The notes under the pieces: generated by a model
The model's database searches: none
What the model saw: only the letters and a program-made list of their open reading frames with translations
What the model was told of the DNA's origin: nothing
Assembly (NCBI GenBank): GCA_028279805.1
Contig: JANQMZ010000007.1
Location: 330,001-362,000 of the forward strand
DNA length: 32,000 bases
Reading direction: 5' to 3'
Source: an archaeon
GTDB taxonomy: Archaea > Iainarchaeota > Iainarchaeia > Iainarchaeales > JANQMZ01
Made by a program: the position numbers and the translations under genes
In this document: positions 8,154-16,116 of the stretch, piece after piece
Numbering within the stretch: the first letter of the stretch is position 1
How the letters are laid out: each line of letters starts with the position of its first letter

Positions 8154-8744
8154 TTAAGTGAATCCAAAAAATGTTAAAAAAAACAGGCCTTGTAACAGCC
8201 ACGGCGTTACAAATAACAAAATTATTGATACAAGTGTTGAAACAGCTAAAATTGCCAGAAAAAGCTGGACAAAATGAGGCCATTTGAATTTGTCTTTAAA
8301 AAAAGCCAAAAACAATGAACCCAGCAAAACAAAAGGCATTGTTAAAACCGTGTACATTGCTGAAATTAACAAAAGCCTTATTATTGAAAAAATGTAAAAT
8401 TCAGCTGTTAAACCTGTTTCCTGTGCAATTTCCTGCGGGTAAACCTGTAAAGGCGTTTCATTTAAAGCTGTTTGAAATGGTCCAAAAAACAATAAAATTA
8501 ATAAAACAAAAATTACAAAATAAACAAGCAAAGCAGAACTTTTAAGCCATGAAAGCTTGTATTTTTTCTGCAAATGCCTGAAAGGAATTGTTAAAAAAAG
8601 CACTAGAATAAAAACTGGAATTGTTAAAATGGCTGAACCTTTTAACAATGAAAAAACTGAAAACAAAGCATCAACAAAAGGGTTTAAAGCCATAAAAACC
8701 ATCAAAAGTATGAAAAAAGAACTATAAAAGGTTAAGGTTAACAT
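8154..8744 (-). CDS. Polytopic membrane protein, hypothetical
   Basis: The 196-aa product is almost entirely hydrophobic helices (about 6 TM by eye). It lies on the same strand 71 nt upstream of the giant gene, so co-transcription is likely. Confidence 0.6.
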   Translation of the reverse strand: MLTLTFYSSFFILLMVFMALNPFVDALFSVFSLLKGSAILTIPVFILVLFLTIPFRHLQKKYKLSWLKSSALLVYFVIFVLLILLFFGPFQTALNETPLQVYPQEIAQETGLTAEFYIFSIIRLLLISAMYTVLTMPFVLLGSLFLAFFKDKFKWPHFVQLFLAILAVSTLVSIILLFVTPWLLQGLFFLTFFGFT

Positions 8745-9201
8745 GAATTCAATGGAATGGCTTGGATTAATTTATTTGTTAACAGGGTCAACAGGAATTG
8801 GTTATTATTTTTTTACACTCTTAAATCCCGCAGCAGTTGAACTCGCAGAAGAATTAAAAATAGGCTGGGCAATTGTTCTAGGATTAATTTTTTCTTTTAT
8901 GGTGCTGGGATTAACACTTGCATTGCAGTTTTTTGGAATACATTCACAAATATTGTTTTTTTTAACAGCTGTACCGGTATTTTTAATTTTTTCAATTGCC
9001 GCTTACTGGAACGGCAGAAACATTGAATATGTTCCGATGTTAGAAGAAAAAAAAGAAAAAAAACCTGTTTTGGATGATAAAGAAAAAATTGTTCAAAAAC
9101 TAAAACAGGAAAAAGAAAAAACTGTTAAAAAAGATGATTCAAGCCTTAACGCAATTCTTAAAAATCTTGAAAACCTAAGAAAATCAAAAGAGGAAAAATA
9201 A
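8743..9201 (+). CDS. Membrane protein with a K/E-rich cytoplasmic tail, hypothetical
   Basis: Three N-terminal TM helices are followed by a charged tail (EEKKEKKPVLDDKEKIVQKLKQEKEK...). An alternative leaderless start at ATG 8752 lies about 26 nt downstream of TATAAAAG (8724-8731). The stop overlaps the next ATG (TAATG). Confidence 0.55.
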   Translation: MNSMEWLGLIYLLTGSTGIGYYFFTLLNPAAVELAEELKIGWAIVLGLIFSFMVLGLTLALQFFGIHSQILFFLTAVPVFLIFSIAAYWNGRNIEYVPMLEEKKEKKPVLDDKEKIVQKLKQEKEKTVKKDDSSLNAILKNLENLRKSKEEK

Positions 9202-9869
9202 TGGATGAAAAACAAAAAATGTATCCGCGCAGGTTACAAAGATTTTACAGGCGCGGAACAAAACCTGATGAAAAAAAAGCAAAAAAAATAGTAAAACATC
9301 TGGAAAAAAAAGTTCCTCAAAAAAAAGAAAAAGCAAAAAAAATTGCAATGAATGAAATTAAAAAATTCCGGGAACAAAATGAAAGATATCCAAGCGGGGA
9401 TGAAATGATGTTAATTTCTGAAAACATTTATGAACAAATAAAAGATGAACAAATTGAGAACAGAACAAGCAGTGAAACCGAAGCAGAACAGGTTGCAGAA
9501 CAATTGGAAGAAACAGGAATTGCAAAAGCAGTTTCAAAACAAAAACCAAGAGAATATTTAAGATTTAGTGAACGGCAGCAGCCAAAAGAAGAAAAAATTC
9601 CCGGATTGGAGAAAAAAAAAGAAGAAATTAAACCGTTGAAAGAAACAACACAAGAGACAAAAGAATTGGAATCAGAGCCAATTCCCGATGTTAAATCATT
9701 ATTAAAAGAAAAACCAGAAGAAAAAAAAACAGAGGAAATGGATGTAAAAAATTTGTTAAAAGAAAGCCAAACACAAAAAGAATCATCAATATCAGAATTA
9801 GAGGATAGCTTAAAGGAACTGGAAGGAATGGGTAAAAAGAAAAAAAAAGAAAAAACTAGTTCAGAGTAA
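9201..9869 (+). CDS. Highly charged K/E-rich low-complexity protein, hypothetical
   Basis: The 222-aa ORF is translationally coupled to the upstream gene. It has no TM segments and contains a repeated DVK[SN]LLKE motif. Its 3' end overlaps the convergent pilin-like gene by 14 nt. Confidence 0.5.
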   Translation: MDEKQKMYPRRLQRFYRRGTKPDEKKAKKIVKHLEKKVPQKKEKAKKIAMNEIKKFREQNERYPSGDEMMLISENIYEQIKDEQIENRTSSETEAEQVAEQLEETGIAKAVSKQKPREYLRFSERQQPKEEKIPGLEKKKEEIKPLKETTQETKELESEPIPDVKSLLKEKPEEKKTEEMDVKNLLKESQTQKESSISELEDSLKELEGMGKKKKKEKTSSE

Positions 9870-10602
9870 GATTTTGAAGTTCAGGACAGTTTAAATTGGA
9901 TGCCTGTAAAGCCTCTTTAATATCAGTTGAAGGCCACATTAAAAGGCTTGATAAAGCCCGAACATTTCTGGGATTTTTTGGATCAGTGTAATCAGGCAAA
10001 AAAACACTTAACTCGGGGGCCCTGGAAACCTCACCCACATGCCTTACAAAATTAACACGGATTGAATCAAGAGATTCATTTGAAGTGCAAAAAGAACCAA
10101 TGCGTAAAATATTCCGCCCACCGGGACTATCTTCATCTTCAACCGATAAGCCGGAGTAAAGAAAAATTATGACAAATTCTTCCAGCAATCTTTCATCTTC
10201 TTCAGATTTTTTCAAAGAATAAATATAGTAAAGGTAATCAAAATTTCTTTGAAAAGGAGACATAACCGTTTCAATATTGTTTTTAAGGCTTGTTTTTGTT
10301 GAATCCTTTAACCTTGAACCGTTTTTTTCAATTATAGCATAATCCTCCTTTAAAACAGCTAACAAATAATCAATTTCCTCTGATTCATTTAAAGACAAAT
10401 TGTCTCTTGCCGTAGAAGAATATAAAATTGTTTTTAGTGCGGATGTGGCAAACTCTGTGTTATACTGTTTAACAGTCTGAGTGGTTACAAGGGAACCATA
10501 ATTTGCAGTGTAAAAAAACATTAAAGTTGCCAGGCCTGAAATAATTATTAAAAAATACATTGCATCCGTTACAGATGCCTGACCTTTCCTGTTTAAAGCC
10601 AT
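9856..10602 (-). CDS. Class III signal peptide (archaeal type IV pilin-like) protein
   Basis: The N-terminus MALNRKG|QASVTDAMYFLIIISGLATLMFF has a short basic leader, a KG|Q cleavage-type motif and a hydrophobic helix. GGTGGTGG lies upstream of the ATG. It is the last gene of the pilus operon. Confidence 0.65.
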   Translation of the reverse strand: MALNRKGQASVTDAMYFLIIISGLATLMFFYTANYGSLVTTQTVKQYNTEFATSALKTILYSSTARDNLSLNESEEIDYLLAVLKEDYAIIEKNGSRLKDSTKTSLKNNIETVMSPFQRNFDYLYYIYSLKKSEEDERLLEEFVIIFLYSGLSVEDEDSPGGRNILRIGSFCTSNESLDSIRVNFVRHVGEVSRAPELSVFLPDYTDPKNPRNVRALSSLLMWPSTDIKEALQASNLNCPELQNLTLN

Positions 10603-11225
10603 GCAACCACCACCAGCAAAACAGGGCGAACAGCAAAACCTGTTTTGGTGCAGCCGGTTAAGCCATGCGGGTTTTCAATAACACCACATTTTAATTTGTC
10701 TTCAAAAGCAATCGGAAAAAATCTTACAAACAACGAATCTTCACTTGAAACAATATCCTTTTTTTGTAAAATTAAATTTTCTTCATCCGGAATATTTGAA
10801 CATTTAAATTTTTTAAGTTCATTTGAAGAATCAGCTCTTTCAAGAACTGAAATTGTTTCTGTTTTTCCGTCCGAAACAAGAATTTGAGTTTCATCTTTGT
10901 TTACAAGTTCTTTTGGATTAAAATTAAAATTTTGAGAGCCTATTTTTAAAGGAATGATAAAAGCTTTGAATGAAATTCCGGAAACAGTTACCTGGTTACA
11001 GGCTGTTTCAAACTCTGAAAAATCACGCAAATAAGAATCTCCTTTTAACACATTTGCAAGCCTTAAAACATCGGTGTTATTGGAAAAAGTTGCAGCTCCT
11101 TTTTGATAAACATTAAACGTGGAAGTAAAGGTTGAAAAAAAAATAACCAGAGCAAAAAGCAGCGGAATTAAACTGGGCAAATCGTCTCCAATAGGCCCCA
11201 GAAAACCTTTTTTGTTAAAATTCAT
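10593..11225 (-). CDS. Pilin-like or pilus accessory protein with a degenerate class III signal
   Basis: The N-terminus MNFNKKG|FLGPIGDDLPSLIPLLFALVIFF resembles the archaeal pilin N-terminal 'G..P.IG...L' type. GGAGG lies 8 nt upstream. The start overlaps the upstream stop (TAATG). Confidence 0.5.
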   Translation of the reverse strand: MNFNKKGFLGPIGDDLPSLIPLLFALVIFFSTFTSTFNVYQKGAATFSNNTDVLRLANVLKGDSYLRDFSEFETACNQVTVSGISFKAFIIPLKIGSQNFNFNPKELVNKDETQILVSDGKTETISVLERADSSNELKKFKCSNIPDEENLILQKKDIVSSEDSLFVRFFPIAFEDKLKCGVIENPHGLTGCTKTGFAVRPVLLVVVAWL

Positions 11226-11872
11226 TAATTTGCCTCCGTAAACACATCTGAAACAGTTCCCGATTTTTTAAAACATGAAGAATTTTCAAGTTCCCTGTCG
11301 GTTAAAACACTTGTAGCCAAAGCACTTCTTGCAACATCACATTGTTCGCTGTTGCACGGAACAATGTAAAAATTTTTTTCCCCTTCAAAATTTTCTTTAA
11401 CCAAAAACAAGGCATTTGTAGGGGGAAAAGCCTGAGGGTCAACATTTGTTTTTTCTTCAGCTGAAGAAATGCCCAAACTTGTTTCAGAATCAGCTTTGAA
11501 TAATTTTATGTTTGCATTTGTGCCAAGCCTGCCTGAAGCAATTGTTTTTTCAGGTTCATTTCTTTTTGAAATTGCCAAAACAATAAAATTTTGATTTTCA
11601 GTTTGTTCAATTTTTCTTATAGTCAGAATGTAAAACAATCTTTTGCCTCCGAAAAAAGACAAATTGTCGGGAACTGTTGTTGTGTTTTCACTGCATAAAC
11701 TCGGAGAATTTAAATGCAAAGAAAACTCGTTTTTTAATTCATCAATTAAATTGTCAGCTTCTCTTTCAGATAAAATGTCCTGAAAGCCAAAAGTAAAAAA
11801 AGCCAGGATTGAAAAAAGGGCAACAGCCAAAATTAGCAAATTAATTTTGCTTAAAGTAAAACCTGCAATCAT
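11225..11872 (-). CDS. N-terminally anchored pilus-operon protein, hypothetical
   Basis: The N-terminal helix is MIAGFTLSKINLLILAVALFSILAFFTF, with no clear KG|Q site. An AGGTGA SD lies 7 nt upstream. The gene is tightly packed in the operon. Confidence 0.5.
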   Translation of the reverse strand: MIAGFTLSKINLLILAVALFSILAFFTFGFQDILSEREADNLIDELKNEFSLHLNSPSLCSENTTTVPDNLSFFGGKRLFYILTIRKIEQTENQNFIVLAISKRNEPEKTIASGRLGTNANIKLFKADSETSLGISSAEEKTNVDPQAFPPTNALFLVKENFEGEKNFYIVPCNSEQCDVARSALATSVLTDRELENSSCFKKSGTVSDVFTEAN

Positions 11873-11884
11873 TTCAATTCACCT

Positions 11885-12418
11885 TTAACCTCTTTTGCAC
11901 ATTAAAACTTTTGGAAAAGACTGGGTTGTTGTAATATTTGACAACTGGTAAAATCCTTCTCTTACCTGCCCCTCATCATAAGGATTAACTTTTTCAAAAC
12001 CCTGAACACATTCAGCCCCGGAATCTGTTCTCTCAAAATTTGTCAGATAAGCAATGTTTACACATTTTCTGTCAGAATAACTCGGGCTTTCCGATTCAAA
12101 TTCCAAAAAAACACATAATTCTTTGGCTCCTTTGCAAATTCTTGAACACAAAGAAGTGTTGGCAACCTGTCTTAATTGAACTTCATAATTCTGAAAACAA
12201 CCTTCAAAAATAAAATCAATCTGAGGAGAAGCATTTAATCCGACTGTTTGTTCCAAGCCTGTTCTAAGTTCTTCAAGTTTTTTATCAGCTTTTGCAATAC
12301 ATTGCTGTTTTTCAAGTTCCTGCATTGCCTGCAATCCAAAAAAAATAACAAAACCCATTATTATTACTGCCACGAGTAATTCAAAAGGAGCTGACTCCTG
12401 TCCAGAACGGTTGAACAT
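11885..12418 (-). CDS. Class III signal peptide (archaeal type IV pilin-like) protein
   Basis: Start is set at ATG 12418, giving MFNRSG|QESAPFELLVAVIIMGFVIFFGL, which is close to the QxSxExxxL class III motif. The track's longer start at 12463 would overlap the upstream small gene. The ectodomain is Cys-rich. Confidence 0.7.
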   Translation of the reverse strand: MFNRSGQESAPFELLVAVIIMGFVIFFGLQAMQELEKQQCIAKADKKLEELRTGLEQTVGLNASPQIDFIFEGCFQNYEVQLRQVANTSLCSRICKGAKELCVFLEFESESPSYSDRKCVNIAYLTNFERTDSGAECVQGFEKVNPYDEGQVREGFYQLSNITTTQSFPKVLMCKRG

Positions 12419-12434
12419 GCAAAACAACCTTTTT

Positions 12435-12623
12435 TTAGTTTCCCGGATTTGAAACCTGTTCATTAAAAGTTTCTCTAACCTGCTGGCTTTGCTGAAACAT
12501 TGGCTTAATTACAGTAATAAGAATTAAAACAGCAATTGCCACTACCAAAATTAAATAAACAGAAGACCAGCTGCCCTGTGCTTTTTCTTCCTTAACAAAC
12601 TCTTTCAAATCCATCCAGTTCAT
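12435..12623 (-). CDS. Small (62 aa) pilin-like protein
   Basis: The sequence MNWMDLKEFVKEEKA|QGSWSSVYLILVVAIAVLILITVI has a longer leader than its neighbours, then a Q-G-S plus hydrophobic helix. TTAAATAG (12647-12654, minus strand) lies about 30 nt upstream. Confidence 0.5.
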   Translation of the reverse strand: MNWMDLKEFVKEEKAQGSWSSVYLILVVAIAVLILITVIKPMFQQSQQVRETFNEQVSNPGN

Positions 12624-12662
12624 AACCCATAATTAGAATAAAAGTGCTATTTAATGGTTACG

Positions 12663-12748
12663 AGAAAGAAAAAAAACAAAATTAAACTGCGAGCGCCAGC
12701 GAGCTAATGCCATTGTAAAATGGCATGTTCATAGCCGGAACACCGGCT
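12663..12748 (-). terminator. Hairpin pair plus oligo-T terminator after the candidate major pilin gene
   Basis: Read on the minus strand just after the TAA, the first hairpin is AGCCGG[tgtt]CCGGCT (12733-12748). The second is ATGCCAT[tttaca]ATGGCAT (12707-12726). These are followed by TTTAATTTTGTTTTTTTTCTTTCT, with the T8 run at 12669-12676. Confidence 0.55.
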
Positions 12749-13299
12749 TAAGCGTTTCTCAGGAAAACTCCGCAAACGGTTGTAGATGAATCAATATCCC
12801 CTTCATCAAAAACCGTGCCACATTCATTTGCCCATTCTTCTTCCAAAAAAGGAACTCCGCCAAAAACTTCCGGAGAAAACTGTGCTCTTTCATCACATAA
12901 AACAGTCATTTTAACCGAACGAGCATTACTGCTGTTATAAAAAATTGATTTTCCCAAAACACCTGAAAGAATTGTTTGATCTTCAAATAAATCCTTTAAA
13001 TCTCCCGGATGAACACAAATTTGTTCAAATCCAAGCCCGGCTGAAGATGAGTTTGCCAAAGCGGTTTGAGAAATTGAATCATCCCTGTTAAACTGAACAG
13101 CTGAATCAGTTGTTTTGGGAGAACCAGGTTTGTGCACCTGGCTTGTTATTAATTCAGCTGCTTTATCATCCGGGTTTCCCTGCCCCGGCAACTGAATTAA
13201 TCCTAAAATGTTGAATAAAATTGTTAAAATTGCAATTGCAACAATTGCTGAAATTAATAATCGAAAAGTTGCAAAAGCCTGTCCTTTTTGGTTTAACAT
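12748..13299 (-). CDS. Class III signal peptide pilin, candidate major pilin
   Basis: The N-terminus is MLNQKG|QAFATFRLLISAIVAIAILTILFNIL. The gene has its own TATA-like box, an AGGTGGA SD (13303-13309) and a downstream terminator. The ectodomain contains four Cys residues. Confidence 0.75.
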   Translation of the reverse strand: MLNQKGQAFATFRLLISAIVAIAILTILFNILGLIQLPGQGNPDDKAAELITSQVHKPGSPKTTDSAVQFNRDDSISQTALANSSSAGLGFEQICVHPGDLKDLFEDQTILSGVLGKSIFYNSSNARSVKMTVLCDERAQFSPEVFGGVPFLEEEWANECGTVFDEGDIDSSTTVCGVFLRNA

Positions 13300-13347
13300 T
13301 AATCCACCTGTTTTGACAATTTAAAAGGAAAAACTACTATTTAAAGC
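13300..13347 (-). promoter_or_regulatory. Internal promoter and RBS for the candidate major pilin
   Basis: The minus strand reads GCTTTAAATAGTAG...CAGGTGGATTAATG. The TTTAAATA-type TATA box (13337-13345) abuts the stop of the upstream pilin gene, about 38 nt before the ATG. The SD is a strong AGGTGGA. Confidence 0.45.
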
Positions 13348-13803
13348 TTACTGGCTTGAAGTAATGGGTTTGCCGAATGAAACAATGCATTGTTCCGAGC
13401 AATCCGAATCAGAGGACAAATGGCATAACAGGTAAATGTCTGACAGAATTCTTTTTTTAACTTCAATTCCGTTTGTTTTAACATCAAAATTGGCAATATT
13501 TTCAGATTGAAAAGATAAGCATTCTTTTGAAATTATCGTGTTTTGGGTAAAAAACGCTGTGTTGTAAAAACCTTCTTCCAAAAGCAAGTCATCAATTACA
13601 ATCGGGGAAGAGTTTTCAAAATCTTCAGGTGCCAGATTTTCAATTGCATTATGAAACCCGTCGGTTAACCTTTGCTCGCTTATATCCAAACGCAATTGTT
13701 CAAAATAAGTTATGGCTCCCGTTATTATTCCCAAAATAAATAATGCCATTATTATGCCGATTAAAAGGCGGTAACTTTCAAACTCCTGGCCTTTTTGATT
13801 CAT
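13348..13803 (-). CDS. Class III signal peptide (archaeal type IV pilin-like) protein
   Basis: The N-terminus is MNQKG|QEFESYRLLIGIIMALFILGIITGAI. The start overlaps the platform gene's stop (ATGA). The C-terminal part is Cys-rich (ECLSF...LLCHLSSDSDCSEQC). Confidence 0.75.
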   Translation of the reverse strand: MNQKGQEFESYRLLIGIIMALFILGIITGAITYFEQLRLDISEQRLTDGFHNAIENLAPEDFENSSPIVIDDLLLEEGFYNTAFFTQNTIISKECLSFQSENIANFDVKTNGIEVKKRILSDIYLLCHLSSDSDCSEQCIVSFGKPITSSQ

Positions 13804-16112
13804 CCCAAAAAGCCCCCTACCAAAATGTTTGAAGCAATAACAGCCACAACAAAAGTGATTAAGGCAATGGGAATATTTTTAGCCAGATTTAATTTGAACA
13901 GCAAGTCATTGTCTTCCTCAATGTTTGTTGTAAAATAAGTCATAATAATTACAAGTTCAAAAACATAAAAACCAACAATTAACAAAAACTGCAAAGGAGT
14001 TGTTAATGACTGGAACACTGCAGGATTCAAAATTCCTTCAAAGCCTCCGCCCAACCCGCCAAGGCTTTCTCCGGCTGTATCCAAAGCATTTCCGGATGCA
14101 AAATCTGTTCCTACGACAGAGGCAAGTGTTAAAATTACAATTTTTTGCAAAGCAGTTGTAATGCCCAAAACAGCAGGAGCAATAAAAATTGACATTGATT
14201 TCATCATGCTATTAACATCTGAAACCAAAATTCGCAAAGTTTCATTAACTTTTTGGGAATTTTCAAGCTGCAAAGACAAAGACATGACAGTTCTTGCCGC
14301 AACATTTACTCCAAGGCCGACAGAGTCAACCAATATTTTCATTCCGGAACGAATTATTTTGCTTGGCACATTAACCAATGCACCATAACGTGTGTCAAAA
14401 ATAGCTGTTTCAAAAGGCATTCCCATTAAAGCAATGTTATCCGAAATTTTTGCAAAAACTTTTTTTGAAATATTTAAATTAGGCAAAAAAGTCTGGGCAC
14501 GTTTTAATGCATCTTCAATCGGCTTGTTTTCACCCATGCGCGACGCAATAATATACAAAGAATCCTGAAATTCTTCCTCCAATTCAATTATTTCAAGTTG
14601 TTTTTTTCTTTTATAAATGTTTGAAAAATGCAAAAACAAAAAAGCCAGAACTGAAAAAGTTATAAGCAGGCCGAAAATAAAATTGTAAGGAGTTGTATCA
14701 TTCTGGTTCTGGAAAAAAAACTCTGATTTTTTTCTGTCCAGTTCCTGCTGAATTTCAGCATCATTCGCACCCGGATTAAATGCTTTTATTTCATTCCAGA
14801 CAGGGCCATTCCTGAAAAACTGGTCAGGCGGCAGGCCGGCTGTTTGAAGAACCTGTGCTTCTGATTTGTCAGGAGGCAAAAGATAAACAGGGTTTAAATC
14901 AGGCTCAGGATTCAAAAAAGTGGGAGGAAAGCCCTGAGAGGAAACAAAAAAAGATGCTCCCACCCCGACTATTAAAACAAACAATAACAAAAAACGCAAA
15001 TCCATTTTTCTTTTGCCTGTTGAAATTTTCCACTTGCCCGGCAAACCCGGAAACTTGTTTGAAATTTCAGGAGACTCATAAGTAGGAGGCCTTGATTTAA
15101 TTGTATGGCGGGCATACAAAAAAGCGGTTACAGGAATAATGATGTTGTATAATAAAATTAAAATTTCAGGACGAGCCAAAGCTTGTCCGGTGAAAGCAGA
15201 GCCAACAGGCAAAATAATAATTAAAATTAAAGGAAGCAAAACTCCCAAATAAAATAAGGTAATGGAAGGCTGTGACAAGTCACGGGCATATTGTTCCATT
15301 TTTTCTTTTGTTGATTCCAAAACAAATTCCATTGTTTTGTCCAAAACAGCGTAACGTTTTGCTTCAGTGTCCTCAATAACAGAGGAACGAATCATCATTA
15401 AAGCTTCTTTTAATTCTTCAGAATATTTTCCCCATCGGTAAGCTAAATCATCCAACCCCTCTGCCAGCGTGTTATAAACACCTATTTGAACATTCCATAA
15501 CAGCAAATTTAATTCATCTGCAATTCTGCCTCTGCCATGCTTGGCTGAAAATTCAATTGCTTTTTCCAGATTGGGAACAAGCTTTAAAGACATTGTCAGA
15601 TAACCGACAATTTCAGGAACATATGTTAATGCCCTGCGTTGTTCTGCTTTGGCTGCTTCATTCGGATAAGACTGAACAAAGTTTACAGTTACAAACAAAA
15701 CAATTACAGGAACAAAAAAAACATACAAAAAAGCCAAACCGCCTGCAACTGATTCAAAAATTGTAAAAACAGGGCCTGAAAAAGAAAGCAAAACAAGAAT
15801 TAAAGCAAAAACAATTGAAGCAATTGTAACAAGTTTTGCTGCAGCTGAAAACTGCTCCGGTTTCAAATCCCAGCCTAAAAAAGCAACAGCATTTCTTTGC
15901 TCATCCGAAAACTTTGCATTTTTTCCAAGAGCGGGGGAAAGCTTGTGTAAACGTTTGCAAAAATTTACAAAAGCAGGGTCAACTTTTTTTGTTAAGCCTG
16001 ATTCTTCTTCAAAGTCTCCTTCATCGGAAAAAGCAATGCCTTTGTAAATTTCTCCGGGAGAAAGCTTTTTGGGCGTTTTTTCAGCAATTTTTCTTCGGGG
16101 ATTTTTAGCCAT
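13800..16112 (-). CDS. FlaJ/TadC-like pilus platform membrane protein with two T2SSF domains (770 aa)
   Basis: There are two helical cytoplasmic T2SSF-type domains (…VPEIVGYLTMSLKLVPNLEKAIEFSAKHGRGRIADEL… and …DSLYIIASRMGENKPIEDALKRAQTFLPN…MGMPFETAI…). Each is flanked by TM helices. The gene lies immediately downstream of the ATPase. Confidence 0.8.
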   Translation of the reverse strand: MAKNPRRKIAEKTPKKLSPGEIYKGIAFSDEGDFEEESGLTKKVDPAFVNFCKRLHKLSPALGKNAKFSDEQRNAVAFLGWDLKPEQFSAAAKLVTIASIVFALILVLLSFSGPVFTIFESVAGGLAFLYVFFVPVIVLFVTVNFVQSYPNEAAKAEQRRALTYVPEIVGYLTMSLKLVPNLEKAIEFSAKHGRGRIADELNLLLWNVQIGVYNTLAEGLDDLAYRWGKYSEELKEALMMIRSSVIEDTEAKRYAVLDKTMEFVLESTKEKMEQYARDLSQPSITLFYLGVLLPLILIIILPVGSAFTGQALARPEILILLYNIIIPVTAFLYARHTIKSRPPTYESPEISNKFPGLPGKWKISTGKRKMDLRFLLLFVLIVGVGASFFVSSQGFPPTFLNPEPDLNPVYLLPPDKSEAQVLQTAGLPPDQFFRNGPVWNEIKAFNPGANDAEIQQELDRKKSEFFFQNQNDTTPYNFIFGLLITFSVLAFLFLHFSNIYKRKKQLEIIELEEEFQDSLYIIASRMGENKPIEDALKRAQTFLPNLNISKKVFAKISDNIALMGMPFETAIFDTRYGALVNVPSKIIRSGMKILVDSVGLGVNVAARTVMSLSLQLENSQKVNETLRILVSDVNSMMKSMSIFIAPAVLGITTALQKIVILTLASVVGTDFASGNALDTAGESLGGLGGGFEGILNPAVFQSLTTPLQFLLIVGFYVFELVIIMTYFTTNIEEDNDLLFKLNLAKNIPIALITFVVAVIASNILVGGFLG

Positions 16113-16116
16113 AAAA

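Noticed and set aside
8083-8283. Extended start (8283) of the giant minus-strand ORF
   Set aside because: The extension overlaps the upstream membrane-protein gene by 130 nt and encodes Cys/Phe-rich sequence with no coding-like character. The ATG at 8082 gives a textbook signal peptide and has an AAGGT SD.
9030-9860. Long poly-A runs (A8-A10) as programmed frameshift or slippage sites
   Set aside because: They lie within K-rich coding sequence that stays in frame. No alternative-frame ORF continues past them.
12419-12463. Extended start (12463) of the pilin-like ORF 11885-12463
   Set aside because: It would overlap the upstream small gene and bury the class III leader. The ATG at 12418 gives MFNRSG|Q, matching the sibling pilins.
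12690-12706. GC-rich GCGAGCGCCAGCGAGC considered as a third terminator hairpin
   Set aside because: The two GCGAGC copies are direct repeats, not inverted repeats, so they cannot form a stem.
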